Program-made: the position numbers and the translations under genes
Assembly (NCBI GenBank): GCA_934101185.1
Contig: CAKOQD010000001.1
Coordinates: forward strand, 100,960-164,959
Direction: 5' to 3'
DNA from: an uncultured Bacilli bacterium
Lineage (GTDB): Bacteria > Bacillota_I > Bacilli_A > RF39 > UBA660
DNA: 64,000 nt
Notes under the pieces: model-generated
Seen by the model: the letters and a program-made list of their open reading frames with translations, nothing else
What the model was told of the DNA's origin: nothing
The model's database searches: none
Shown here: positions 51,846-62,381 of the stretch, in pieces
Numbering within the stretch: the stretch's first letter is position 1
How the letters are laid out: every line of letters starts with the position of its first letter

Positions 51846-52958
51846 CTATTTTCTAATATAACTTTTCAAATTTCCAGATCTTTTAGGATGTCTTAGTTTC
51901 CTTAAAGCTTTAGCTTCAATTTGTCTAATTCTTTCTCTAGTAACATTAAGTATATTCCCAATTTCTTCCAACGTCATTGGATGGTCACCATCAATTCCAA
52001 ACCTAAGCATTAAAACTTTTTGTTCTCTTTCAGACAATATAGAAAGCGCTTTCATAACATCATCATGTAATCCAGAATTTATAACAGATTCCTCAACACA
52101 TTTTTCCTCATCAGGTACAAAATCTACAAGTAAAGAATCATCATCTTCACCAAGTGGTGTATAAAGTGAAACTGGAGCCTCAGCAACCTTCTTTAAATCT
52201 AAAACTTTTTCAACAGAAACACCCAACTCATCTGCTATTTGTTGATTTGTAACATCACTACCATATTTTTCAGAAAGCATTGCTTCAACACGGAACATTT
52301 TATTAATTCTCTCATACATATGAACAGGTATTCTAATAGTTCTCGATTGATCAGCAATCGCACGTGTAATTGATTGTCTTATCCACCATGTTGCATATGT
52401 AGAAAACTTATAACCCTTATCAACATCAAATTTATCCAAGGCTTTAATAAGTCCTATATTACCCTCTTGAATTAAGTCGCTAAAGGAAATGTTTTTATTA
52501 GTTCTATTAGAATAATGTTTCGCAATAGAAACAACCAATCTAAGATTACTATTAGCAAGTTTAGCTCTAGCTTCCTCATCACCATTTTTCATCAAAATAG
52601 CCAATTCCTTTTCCTCAGCAACACTAAGAAGAGGATAACTACCAATATCTTTCAAATATAATTTAATTGAATCTGGAAAATGTTTCAAATCATTAAACAT
52701 TTCAAGTTCTTGATTGAAATTTTCCTCCTCTTCAACATTATCTTTAATAATATATCCATTACTTTCAATTTTTTTCTTTATAATATTAGTAATTTCAAAT
52801 CTACAATCCTCAGAAATATCAAGCTTATCAAAATAATTTAACAGTTTAGAATCAAAAGAATCAAGATCAATTTTTTTATCATTATCAAACGATTCAGTTC
52901 TAATTAAACTTTCAAATATTTTTGAAGAAACACTTTCAAAATAATCTTTTTTTTCCAT
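51846..52958 (-). CDS. sigA: RNA polymerase primary sigma factor (RpoD/SigA)
   Basis: Regions 1.2 to 4.2 present: LYLKDIGSYPLL; NLRLVVSIAKHY; YATWWIRQSITRAIADQSRTIRIPVHM; EIGNILNVTRERIRQIEAKALRKLRH. Confidence 0.85.
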   Translation of the reverse strand: MEKKDYFESVSSKIFESLIRTESFDNDKKIDLDSFDSKLLNYFDKLDISEDCRFEITNIIKKKIESNGYIIKDNVEEEENFNQELEMFNDLKHFPDSIKLYLKDIGSYPLLSVAEEKELAILMKNGDEEARAKLANSNLRLVVSIAKHYSNRTNKNISFSDLIQEGNIGLIKALDKFDVDKGYKFSTYATWWIRQSITRAIADQSRTIRIPVHMYERINKMFRVEAMLSEKYGSDVTNQQIADELGVSVEKVLDLKKVAEAPVSLYTPLGEDDDSLLVDFVPDEEKCVEESVINSGLHDDVMKALSILSEREQKVLMLRFGIDGDHPMTLEEIGNILNVTRERIRQIEAKALRKLRHPKRSGNLKSYIRK

Positions 52959-52988
52959 GTAATCCTTCCCCCTTTAAATATAAAACAA

Positions 52989-53027
52989 ATTATAACACAT
53001 TTTGTTAAAAAATGCAAACATTTTTGC
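52989..53027 (-). promoter_or_regulatory. sigA promoter overlapping the terminator hairpin of the upstream sigma paralog
   Basis: TTGCAT (53012-53017), 17-nt spacer, TGtTATAAT (52989-52994). A gcaaa-catt-tttgc hairpin plus T-run lies at 53005-53027. Confidence 0.5.
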
Positions 53028-53034
53028 TATTTTT

Positions 53035-54060
53035 TTAAATATAACACTTTATTTTGTCAATATTCTTAGATTTCTTCATCTTTTTTAAAGCCCTGTTTTG
53101 TATTTGCCTAATTCTCTCTTTAGTAACATCAAAAGCTTTACCAACATCAGTCAAAGACATAGCCTTATTTCCACAAAGACCAAATCTAAGTATTATAATT
53201 TCTTTTTCCTTATTAGATAAAACATCAAGTATTTCTAATATATCATCTTTTAAAAAAGAATTATCAACATAATCTTCAAATTCAGAATAATCATCAGCAA
53301 CAAAATCCATAAGCATTGTATCATCCTCATCATTTATTGGAGAATTTAATGACAAAGGTAATTCTGAAACTTTTTTAAGAAATAAAACCTTATCAACACT
53401 AATTTCAAGTTCTTTAGCAATATCATCATTAGTATAATTACCCTCAAATCTAACAAAAAGATCAGCTTCTACACAAAGCAGCCTATTAACTTGCTCATGT
53501 ATATGAGCAGGTAATCTCACAGTTCTAGAATTATCTGCAATATAATGACCTATAGCTTGCATAATCCACCATTTTGCATAAGATGAAAACCTATTACCTA
53601 AACTAACATCATACTTATCAACCGCAGTCATAAGACCTATATTACCAATTTCTACTAAATCATCAAAAGAAACACCTCTATTTTGATATTTCTTAGCAAT
53701 AGAAATAACCAATCTCAAATTAGCGGAAATAAACTTATCTCTAGCCTCCTTATCACCTTGACTAACTAGTTTAGCAAGCTCCACTTCCTCTTCTGAAGAA
53801 AGAAGTGGTATTCTACTAACTTCATTAATATAAATATCAAGATTAGTAGTATCCGAAGTAAAATTAAATTTAGAATACAAAGATCTTTCATCAAGTTTTT
53901 TCATAATGATATCAGTCAAATAAACTCTATCACTTTCTAAAACTTTAAGTTTATTGAAATATTTAGGTAATAATTCATCTAAACTCTTAGTACATTTACT
54001 ATTAATTATACTATCAACAATCTTTGTAGAAATAGCTTCATAATACTTATTATCATTCAT
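53035..54060 (-). CDS. second sigma-70 family (RpoD-like, group 1/2) sigma factor paralog
   Basis: Same four-region architecture but diverged at conserved positions (YAKWWIMQAIGHYIADNSRTVRLPAHIHEQ). Start refined to MNDNKYYE. Confidence 0.75.
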   Translation of the reverse strand: MNDNKYYEAISTKIVDSIINSKCTKSLDELLPKYFNKLKVLESDRVYLTDIIMKKLDERSLYSKFNFTSDTTNLDIYINEVSRIPLLSSEEEVELAKLVSQGDKEARDKFISANLRLVISIAKKYQNRGVSFDDLVEIGNIGLMTAVDKYDVSLGNRFSSYAKWWIMQAIGHYIADNSRTVRLPAHIHEQVNRLLCVEADLFVRFEGNYTNDDIAKELEISVDKVLFLKKVSELPLSLNSPINDEDDTMLMDFVADDYSEFEDYVDNSFLKDDILEILDVLSNKEKEIIILRFGLCGNKAMSLTDVGKAFDVTKERIRQIQNRALKKMKKSKNIDKIKCYI

Positions 54061-54140
54061 AGCTAATACCCCCTTCATAAAAACAATCAAGATTATACCA
54101 CATTTGAAATAAAAATGCAAGAAAAAAAGAGCAAAAGCTC

Positions 54141-55604
54141 TTAATAAACAACAATATTACCAGTCATCTCATCAGGAATAACTAATCCTAAAACACTTAT
54201 AATCGAGGGAGCAACATCACAAAGATTACCATTACGAAGCTTATAATCCTTATCACAAACAATAAAATAAACAGGATTTAAAGTATTACCAGAATAAACT
54301 TTATCATCTCTAACCATTTCCTCAATATTACCATGACTAGAACATATAATAAGTAAATAATCATTATTAAAACATGCTTCATATAAATTCATAACGCATT
54401 TGTCAACAACTTCAAGCGCCATCTTACAAGCATCATAATTACCAGTGTGTCCAACCATATCACAATTAGCATAATTAATAAGTATAAAATCATAATCATT
54501 CATCACATTAATAACCTTATCCGTAATCTCATTAGCACTCATTCCAGGATCCATATCATAACTATCAACCCTCTTCTTAGGAATACAAATATTAGACACA
54601 TTATGATAAGAAACATCCCTATTACCATCAAAGAAACGAGTAACACAACTATACTTCGAAGTCTCTGCAATACGTAATACTCTTAACTTATTATCACTCA
54701 AAACATCAATCAAAGTATTATTGACCAAAGTACTAGAAAAAGCACTCAAACATTTAACCTTACCACTAATAGGAAACATACTAACACACTTAATATTACT
54801 ATAAACATTAACATCTAAATAAGGAGAAAAAGAATTAGTAACTAAACTAAATAACTGCTCAAAACAATTATTATTAAAATTAGCAATAATAACTCCATCA
54901 CCATCACTAAATATACCATTTCTATTAACAAGAGTAGGAACAATATAAGAATCAAATATTTCAAGATCATAAGAAGTATTAATTATACTCATTATATCAT
55001 CATTAAAAGGTCCAACTCCCTTAAAAATAACATCATAACACAACTTAGTCCTATCAAAATCTTCATCATTATCCATTACATAATACTTACCACTTAAACT
55101 AGAAATGTAACAATTCTTATCAATAATATAAGAAGAAAGCGCTTCTAAATTATTAACTGCACTAGAAGAAACATCCTCCCCTTCCAAAAATATATGTAAA
55201 TAAATAGGAACATCATACTTACTAATCATATCAATTAAAGTTAATAAATATGATAAAGACTCTTCAGACAAAACATAAAATAAATGAAGTCTAGACTTAT
55301 TACCTTTAACAAAATTAATTACCTCTAAAACATTAGAATTATTATAAAAACTACCATCAGAAATAGAATTATTAAAAACATCAAAATTATTAAAAACTAC
55401 TCTACCAGTCCCAATAGCCATATGACCAGTCTCACTATCACAAACATTTAAAGAAATTAAATCTTGCTTACTAAGAAGCTTGCTATTAGGAAATTCCTTA
55501 AGTAACTTATCAATAGCAAAAGTATCAGCATCCAAAAAAGCATTACCTAAAGATTCCTTTCTATAACCTAAACCATCTAAAACACAAAGCACTACTTTTT
55601 TCAT
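54141..55604 (-). CDS. gpmI: 2,3-bisphosphoglycerate-independent phosphoglycerate mutase-like protein (divergent)
   Basis: VLCVLDGLGYR, DSETGHMAIGTGR and NCDMVGHTG match iPGM motifs. Some canonical metal-binding positions look substituted. Confidence 0.55.
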   Translation of the reverse strand: MKKVVLCVLDGLGYRKESLGNAFLDADTFAIDKLLKEFPNSKLLSKQDLISLNVCDSETGHMAIGTGRVVFNNFDVFNNSISDGSFYNNSNVLEVINFVKGNKSRLHLFYVLSEESLSYLLTLIDMISKYDVPIYLHIFLEGEDVSSSAVNNLEALSSYIIDKNCYISSLSGKYYVMDNDEDFDRTKLCYDVIFKGVGPFNDDIMSIINTSYDLEIFDSYIVPTLVNRNGIFSDGDGVIIANFNNNCFEQLFSLVTNSFSPYLDVNVYSNIKCVSMFPISGKVKCLSAFSSTLVNNTLIDVLSDNKLRVLRIAETSKYSCVTRFFDGNRDVSYHNVSNICIPKKRVDSYDMDPGMSANEITDKVINVMNDYDFILINYANCDMVGHTGNYDACKMALEVVDKCVMNLYEACFNNDYLLIICSSHGNIEEMVRDDKVYSGNTLNPVYFIVCDKDYKLRNGNLCDVAPSIISVLGLVIPDEMTGNIVVY

Positions 55605-55606
55605 AA

Positions 55607-56875
55607 CTACATACCCTCATTTATACAACAACTAGCATAGTAAGGAACATACTTAATACCATTTTTCATATCAAAATTACCATTAGTAAGTCTAATAGCA
55701 AAAGATAAATTATACTTCTTAATAGCAAGCAACAAACTCTTAGACTTAGCATTATCCGAAGATATAATCTCCATAGGAATAATCTTACCAGTTCTAGTTT
55801 GAACAACAAAATCAATATATGCTTTTCCTTCAGAATGATAATGATAAATATTAAAACCATTAAGAACTAAAGAACAAGCAATACTATTTTCATACAAAAT
55901 CATCATTAATTTATCATTCATAAGAAGTCTATTACCACTTACATTCATCTTTTTATATAAAATTCCAGTATCATTATAATAAAGCTTAAAACTTTCTAAA
56001 TCTTTACCCTTACTAATCGGAGAGACTATTTCACTAAGACGCGTACTTCTTATTACCATATTATCACTTTCCATATAATCTAAACAACGACTATAATCCT
56101 TACTTCTAGCACCACTTCTAACTAAACCATATAAAAACTTTCTATTAGATTTAAGAAGTTGAATAGAAATACTATTAAATATCTCATTACTACGTTTAAT
56201 ATCAATCAAATTATCCAAAGAAAACAACTTATTCTTTAATAAAACTATATTATTTTCATGAATTGAACTAAGTAAATTATAAGAAGACTCTAAATGATAC
56301 TCTACAATTGCATTAGGATACCCACCACATATAACATAATCATTATAACACTCCATAGCCATCGCATGAAAAGGCATAGGACTATTAGTCTTAAAACTAT
56401 CCTCAATAAAAGCAATAAGCTGTTCCTTACCAATAAACTTTAAATATTCAAAAAAAGTAACTAATTGCATCTTTTTTAAAACAATATTCTTACCCTTACA
56501 TGAATCAATCATTGAAAAATCATCAGTAATCATAATAACATGATAAGAAGAATTATTAAACAAATTAATAACACTCTTAAGAACCTTTTCAGTAACATTA
56601 TCAAAAATAATTAATGTTTCATCCTTAAAAATAGTTTCTAAAGAAATAGCACTAAGACCACGAATAAGTTTATCAAGAGTACTATTCCTATCAAAAACAT
56701 AACTAAGTTCTAAATTATCATTACAATCAAAATAAACAGTATTCTTATACTCACTTTTTCCAAAAGAAAGAGTACTATAAGTCTTACCACATCCACTTAT
56801 TCCATAAAGTAACATTGGTTTCTTATAAGCATCTATCTTCCATTTAAGTAACTCATTACTAACTTTTCGTTCCAT
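55607..56875 (-). CDS. AAA-family ATPase with a DUF4143-like C-terminal region (COG1373-type)
   Basis: Walker A LLYGISGCGKTYST. GGGAGG RBS before MERKVSN. Confidence 0.55.
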   Translation of the reverse strand: MERKVSNELLKWKIDAYKKPMLLYGISGCGKTYSTLSFGKSEYKNTVYFDCNDNLELSYVFDRNSTLDKLIRGLSAISLETIFKDETLIIFDNVTEKVLKSVINLFNNSSYHVIMITDDFSMIDSCKGKNIVLKKMQLVTFFEYLKFIGKEQLIAFIEDSFKTNSPMPFHAMAMECYNDYVICGGYPNAIVEYHLESSYNLLSSIHENNIVLLKNKLFSLDNLIDIKRSNEIFNSISIQLLKSNRKFLYGLVRSGARSKDYSRCLDYMESDNMVIRSTRLSEIVSPISKGKDLESFKLYYNDTGILYKKMNVSGNRLLMNDKLMMILYENSIACSLVLNGFNIYHYHSEGKAYIDFVVQTRTGKIIPMEIISSDNAKSKSLLLAIKKYNLSFAIRLTNGNFDMKNGIKYVPYYASCCINEGM

Positions 56876-56954
56876 AAATTGTATCCTCCCTACCATAATC
56901 ATAACTTAAGTATAAAACAAACCCAAATAAAAAGCAAGTATAAACTTGCATTAT

Positions 56955-57716
56955 CTAAACAGTAACAGTGCCAAACTCCAATCTAAGTTTATCCGCAATA
57001 GTAACAATAAACTCACTATTCGTAGGCTTAGCCTTATCAATATCAACACTATGACCAAAAATTTCTTCCATCAAATCCCAATTACCTCGGTTCCAACTAA
57101 CCTCAATAGCATGCCTAATTGCACGTTCCACTCGAGATACTGTTGTATCATACCTACTAGCAATCTCAGGATAAAGCTCCTTAGTAATACCACCAATAAC
57201 ATCAGGACGATTATATATAATAGAAATACCCTCCCTTATATACTGATATCCTTTTATATGAGATGGAACACCAAGTTCATGTAAAACATTTGTAATTGAT
57301 ATCTGTAAATTTTGATGATATAAATCAATAGACTTATTATCATAACTATTATCAAGCTCCATTATCTTCTTTTCCAAGAAAGAAAGTTCAAAAGGTTTAA
57401 GCATAAAGTAATTAACTCCAAGCTCTGATACTTTTCTAATCATATCTTGAGTATTATAAGAAGTAAGAACAATTACCCTCTTATCAATACCTTCCTTTCT
57501 CATTTCCTCTAAAACAGCTACTCCATCCATCTTAGGCATTATAAGATCAAGTAATAAAACATCATAATTACTAACATCTCTTATTAGTTCCATGCCCTCT
57601 TCACCATTTTTTGCAGTACCAACTACATCAATATCTGCGTGACTACTAAAATACTCCTTAATCATACCAACTAACTCTACGTTATCGTCTACTACAATTA
57701 AATTAATTTTTTTCAT
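56955..57716 (-). CDS. spo0A: stage 0 sporulation protein A (Spo0A) response regulator
   Basis: Receiver domain ([19 protein letters not shown]) and the Spo0A-specific C-terminal domain ([19 protein letters not shown]; [36 protein letters not shown]; [17 protein letters not shown]). Confidence 0.85.
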   Translation of the reverse strand: MKKINLIVVDDNVELVGMIKEYFSSHADIDVVGTAKNGEEGMELIRDVSNYDVLLLDLIMPKMDGVAVLEEMRKEGIDKRVIVLTSYNTQDMIRKVSELGVNYFMLKPFELSFLEKKIMELDNSYDNKSIDLYHQNLQISITNVLHELGVPSHIKGYQYIREGISIIYNRPDVIGGITKELYPEIASRYDTTVSRVERAIRHAIEVSWNRGNWDLMEEIFGHSVDIDKAKPTNSEFIVTIADKLRLEFGTVTV

Positions 57717-57799
57717 TTTCTCTCCCTTCATTTTACTACCACGCAACTACATTGTACTACAAAAAAATATTATTTTCTAGAGTTTCTTTTGTCTAAATA

Positions 57800-57806
57800 T
57801 GTCGAA
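57800..57806 (+). promoter_or_regulatory. Spo0A box (TGTCGAA) upstream of spo0A
   Basis: Exact match to the 0A-box consensus, about 85 nt upstream of the spo0A start. Confidence 0.4.
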
Positions 57807-57810
57807 AGTG

Positions 57811-58515
57811 TTAAATAGTGTTAAGTACCTTCAAAACCCTATCAGGAAAAACACTAACACTACCAAGAACAAAACCATCTAAACAATCTATCTTAGACAA
57901 AGTCTTAATACTTTCTTCGTTAACTCCTCCTCCATATAAAACTCTAACATTAACCCCATAATTCCTAATAAAAATCATTTTAATAAAAGAAACAATCTCA
58001 CTAATTTCATCATCACTTAAAATAACATCTCCATTAACAGAAAAAGTAGGTTCATAACAAATAATAATATCTTCTTTTACTGATACAGAAGAAAAATACT
58101 CTTTAATTTGCTTTATTAAAACATCCCCAGTCTTCTTCATAGAATAAGAATAATAATCCTCCCCAAGAAAAACAATTGGACTAATTCCATTAGATATACA
58201 ACTAATTATCTTCTCATTAATAACCTTATTACTTTCAGAAAGCTTCTCCTTCCTTTCACAATGACCTACTAAAGCATACTTAACATCCAAAGACTTACAA
58301 GCATAAGCCGTAACATCTCCAGTAACATCAAGACCAACATCCTGACAACCAAGTAAAAAATTATACTTACCCCTAAAAAAAGGAATATATAAACTACTAG
58401 GACACATTACTACATCAATATCATTTCTAATAAGATTATTAATATCTAAAAGATACGACTTAACAAGAGAAAACTCCAAATAATTCTTATGATTCAAAAC
58501 AACCATCTTATTCAT
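57811..58515 (-). CDS. tpiA: triosephosphate isomerase (highly divergent)
   Basis: TIM skeleton retained: VVLNHKNY (NWK-like), GCQD (GAQN), LVGHCERK (GHSER), ICYEP (catalytic Glu), VLYGGGV. Sits in the pgk-tpiA context. Confidence 0.55.
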   Translation of the reverse strand: MNKMVVLNHKNYLEFSLVKSYLLDINNLIRNDIDVVMCPSSLYIPFFRGKYNFLLGCQDVGLDVTGDVTAYACKSLDVKYALVGHCERKEKLSESNKVINEKIISCISNGISPIVFLGEDYYSYSMKKTGDVLIKQIKEYFSSVSVKEDIIICYEPTFSVNGDVILSDDEISEIVSFIKMIFIRNYGVNVRVLYGGGVNEESIKTLSKIDCLDGFVLGSVSVFPDRVLKVLNTI

Positions 58516-59698
58516 AATCTTTTTCTCCTATATTAACAAGGCCGGGTAAATCTTTATTAACAATATATTCAAGAGTAGCACCACCACCAGTAGAAACATA
58601 AGTAAACTTTGATGAACAAGATAAAACATTAGCACAACTAACAATATCTCCTCCACCAAGAATACTAACAACTCCAAGATCTCCTATAAAATTAAGCAGC
58701 TTTTCTGATCCAATTATATAATTACTAAACTCATAAACACCAACTGGACCATTCCAAAAAATAGTCTTAGCATCCCTCAAATAATCCATAAACAAAGAAA
58801 TAGTCTTATCCCCCATATCAAGTCCCATAAAATCATCATCAATAGCATCAACTAAACAATACTTTTTCAAACTATCATTACTATACTCATAAGAACCATA
58901 TAAATCAACAGGAAGTACTATCTTATCACCATACTTATCAAGCATTAAAGAACAATAAGAAACATAATCTTCTTCATATAAACACTTACCAACATTATAA
59001 CCCTTAGCCTTTAAAAAAGTATAACTCATTGCACCACCAATAAGTAAATAATCAACCCTTTCAATAAGCGAAGATATAATACCAAGCTTATCAGATAACT
59101 TAGCACCACCCATAATAACCACAAAAGGTCTAACAGGATCATCTAGCATACTAAGATTAGATATCTCATCCATAACTAAAAAACCAATACCAGAATCTAA
59201 ATACTTAGCAACCCCACAGTTAGAAGCATGACCCCTATGAATAGTTCCAAATGCATCATTAATAAATATATCCCCTAAAGAAGCATAAAACAAAGACAAA
59301 GTATCAGAACAACCACTCTCCAACTTATCAGGAACATCATAAAATCTTGTATTCTCTAAAAGAATACCATTCCCATACGAAACATTTAAAACACTATTCT
59401 TAACAACATCAAAATCAGTATAAGGACAAAAACTAAGTTCAAAATCAACAAGTTCTTTAAGTCTTTCATAAACAACAGATAAACTATTATTAACAAAATC
59501 AGACTCACTCTTAACCTTACCTAAATGAGAAAGAATAACAACCTTTCCACCATTATTAACTATATAATTAATACTTCTTAAACTCTTAACAATCTTACTA
59601 TCATCAATTATCTTACCATCTTTAATAGTAACATTTAAATCACATCTTAAAACAATTACTTTATCCTTAAAATCAAAATCAACTATAGTCTTCTTCAT
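58508..59698 (-). CDS. pgk: phosphoglycerate kinase
   Basis: MKKTIVDFDFKDKVIVLRCDLNV...ILSHLG. Confidence 0.8.
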   Translation of the reverse strand: MKKTIVDFDFKDKVIVLRCDLNVTIKDGKIIDDSKIVKSLRSINYIVNNGGKVVILSHLGKVKSESDFVNNSLSVVYERLKELVDFELSFCPYTDFDVVKNSVLNVSYGNGILLENTRFYDVPDKLESGCSDTLSLFYASLGDIFINDAFGTIHRGHASNCGVAKYLDSGIGFLVMDEISNLSMLDDPVRPFVVIMGGAKLSDKLGIISSLIERVDYLLIGGAMSYTFLKAKGYNVGKCLYEEDYVSYCSLMLDKYGDKIVLPVDLYGSYEYSNDSLKKYCLVDAIDDDFMGLDMGDKTISLFMDYLRDAKTIFWNGPVGVYEFSNYIIGSEKLLNFIGDLGVVSILGGGDIVSCANVLSCSSKFTYVSTGGGATLEYIVNKDLPGLVNIGEKDYE

Positions 59699-59732
59699 AT
59701 TATCACCACTATTATGATAACACAAATAAAAC

Positions 59733-60917
59733 TCATTTTATAGTCATATTACATTTCTTTACAGCATCATAACCAAGTTTTTTATTAATATCAGACAAAA
59801 CCTTATCTATCTTTTCACTATCAACCCTATCATTATTATCAAACAAAGACATTTGATACTTATAATCAGAAACCAAATCATCAAGCCTAATTCCAATAAG
59901 CCTAATCATATCACCATCACGCCACATTTCATTAAGAAGCCTCTTACTAACAGAAAATATATCTGAAGAATCCCTTATAGGATTTTTAACCTTAACCTGA
60001 TGAGACCTTCTCTTAAAAAGATTATCCTTAAGTATTACACACACAACATTAGCATACTTCCCATCAGATTTAATCCTTGAAGAAACCTTCTCACTAAGAT
60101 ACGATAAATAATTATATAAATTAGACTTATTAACAATATCAACAGGCAAAGTTATTTCATTACTTATTCCCTTTGCTTCAAACAAAGAAGAATCAACCAC
60201 GCTATCATCAATTCCATTAGCACGCTTTATTAAATCATCATAATTCTTAAAATACTTAGACAAAAAATAAGCATCACAATTAGCAAGATCCCCAATAGTT
60301 TTTATACCAATCATTCTAAGCTTAGAAGAAGTACTCTTACCAACCATAAATAAATCTTCAATAGGAAGAGGCCACATCTTAGAACCAACCTCATAAGAAT
60401 ACAAAGTATGAACTCTATTAGGTTTTAAAAAATCACTAGCCATCTTAGCACACAACTTATTATTAGCAATACCTATATTAACAGTAAAACCAAACAAAGA
60501 ATAAATCTTATCCTTAAGCTTAGTAGCAAAAACTACCTCATCCCCATAAATATTCTTAATCTTTCCATAATCCATATAACACTCATCAATAGATGCAATC
60601 TCAATATCTGGAGTAATCTTTTTAAGAAAACTAAACAACTTATTACTCATCTCACTATAAAAAGAATAATTAGGCTTAAAAACCTGTAACTTAGGATACT
60701 TTTTCCTAGCACTATACAAAGTCTCAGCAGTAACAATACCATACTTCTTTGCCATAGGACTCTTAGCAACAACAATACCACTTCTTTTACTCTCATCCCC
60801 TCCGATTACAGAAACAATATTTCTAATATCTTCATGATAACCAGACTTAAGCAAATAAACAGCAGTCCACGATAAAAAAGCATTATTAACATCAATATGA
60901 AATATTATCCTCTCCAT
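59733..60917 (-). CDS. dinB: Y-family DNA polymerase IV (DinB-like)
   Basis: MERIIFHIDVNNAFLS...SIDECYMD. Promoter with TGcTATAAT upstream. Confidence 0.75.
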   Translation of the reverse strand: MERIIFHIDVNNAFLSWTAVYLLKSGYHEDIRNIVSVIGGDESKRSGIVVAKSPMAKKYGIVTAETLYSARKKYPKLQVFKPNYSFYSEMSNKLFSFLKKITPDIEIASIDECYMDYGKIKNIYGDEVVFATKLKDKIYSLFGFTVNIGIANNKLCAKMASDFLKPNRVHTLYSYEVGSKMWPLPIEDLFMVGKSTSSKLRMIGIKTIGDLANCDAYFLSKYFKNYDDLIKRANGIDDSVVDSSLFEAKGISNEITLPVDIVNKSNLYNYLSYLSEKVSSRIKSDGKYANVVCVILKDNLFKRRSHQVKVKNPIRDSSDIFSVSKRLLNEMWRDGDMIRLIGIRLDDLVSDYKYQMSLFDNNDRVDSEKIDKVLSDINKKLGYDAVKKCNMTIK

Positions 60918-60963
60918 AGCAATCTCCTTTAAAAAGATTATAGCAAACATTCATTCACAAAAC

Positions 60964-60990
60964 AAGAAAAAAAGAGAAAATTATTTCTCT
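60964..60990 (-). terminator. terminator hairpin overlapping the cdaR stop codon
   Basis: agagaaa-atta-tttctct stem plus T-run on the minus strand. Confidence 0.45.
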
Positions 60991-62381
60991 TTAGTAATTA
61001 TTATCTTAACAGTCTTCGTAGTAGGAGTATACCCTATCTTAAGATCATCACCAGTAACCTTAACAGTAACCTCATGAGTACCAACACCAAGACCCTTTAA
61101 ATCAACATAAGCAGATATTGCATCAGTAGTAACAGCCTTAATATTACTATCAGTACCCTTAAGAACAACAGAAACTTTAGAATTAGCCTTTCCATCCGCT
61201 TTAGCAACAAGTCCACTACCTAAATTCTTAGTAGCAATACTTACATCATCAATAGTCTTAGACTTAGTATCACCAAGACTAACCTTAACAACAACAGACT
61301 TAGTACTAGCCTCATTAACTCCACTAGGTAAAGATAAATTGGCATTATATTCAGTAGCCTTTGAAATACCATCAACATTAATTGAAACCGGTAAATAATC
61401 TATCTTAGATAAAACATCCATATCTCCAAATAACTTAACATTAGTTTCACTAACAGTAATTGAATCAATAGACTTACCAAACACTACATCACCCTCAGGA
61501 ATAACCCTAATAGGAACTTCCTTACTTGGAGAAGCAATCTCGATAGTGGCATCAACAGTCTTTGGAACTATTTCAACATCCATCTTATTACCATTCTTAT
61601 CATAAGCAACAAGAGGAATATCCTTTAAAGTAGTAGTACCAACACTAGGATTTATAATATTAGTAACATCAAGTAAAGCCTTAACCATAGCAACTTGTTG
61701 TAACTTATACTCAGCACCCTTTATATAAACATCATCCCTACTAAATGAAGTATTAGTAATTGAATATCTAGAATCAAGCTTATCTTCATAAAGTATTTCC
61801 TTAGTAACCTTTCTAGATTCAGAAACCTTTTCATATATAGTTACATTTGCATAAGAAGGATCAATCTTATAATCAATTGAAGCAACTGAACTCTTATACT
61901 TAAGAGCAACCCTATGAGTACCAGGCTTTAATCCCCTTAAATCAACAACAACTTCATCCTTTTGATATTGATTAGCAAGATATAAATCAGCCCTTCTCCC
62001 AATAAGAGTAATATCAACAGTCTTTTCTAATCCTTCAACTACATAAGCCTCTTCATTATATAAAGCCTTAACTTCTTTCCCATATATAACATCCGCACTA
62101 TCATTCATCATAGTATTTGCAATCTTATCAACAGAAAAAAATGAAATCAAAGCAAGAACTAACGATAAAGTAATAAGAAACATTCTATTATTAAGTAATC
62201 TTTCAAGAGGTTTATTATTAGTATTAAGAATCTTCATAATAGCCATCATAAACTTAGCAATTGGTGTAATAATAAATCTATCTATAATTCTATAAATATA
62301 AGCAAAGAAGTTAAAAATACTTCTTAAAACTTTCTTCCATAATTTAGTCTTTTTCTTTGAGGACTTTTTATTTTTCATCAT
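60981..62381 (-). CDS. cdaR: YbbR-domain protein CdaR (regulator of diadenylate cyclase)
   Basis: N-terminal TM segment and YbbR-like repeats, downstream of cdaA. Exact start uncertain (candidate Met at 62381, 62378 or 62411). Confidence 0.65.
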   Translation of the reverse strand: MMKNKKSSKKKTKLWKKVLRSIFNFFAYIYRIIDRFIITPIAKFMMAIMKILNTNNKPLERLLNNRMFLITLSLVLALISFFSVDKIANTMMNDSADVIYGKEVKALYNEEAYVVEGLEKTVDITLIGRRADLYLANQYQKDEVVVDLRGLKPGTHRVALKYKSSVASIDYKIDPSYANVTIYEKVSESRKVTKEILYEDKLDSRYSITNTSFSRDDVYIKGAEYKLQQVAMVKALLDVTNIINPSVGTTTLKDIPLVAYDKNGNKMDVEIVPKTVDATIEIASPSKEVPIRVIPEGDVVFGKSIDSITVSETNVKLFGDMDVLSKIDYLPVSINVDGISKATEYNANLSLPSGVNEASTKSVVVKVSLGDTKSKTIDDVSIATKNLGSGLVAKADGKANSKVSVVLKGTDSNIKAVTTDAISAYVDLKGLGVGTHEVTVKVTGDDLKIGYTPTTKTVKIIITKEK

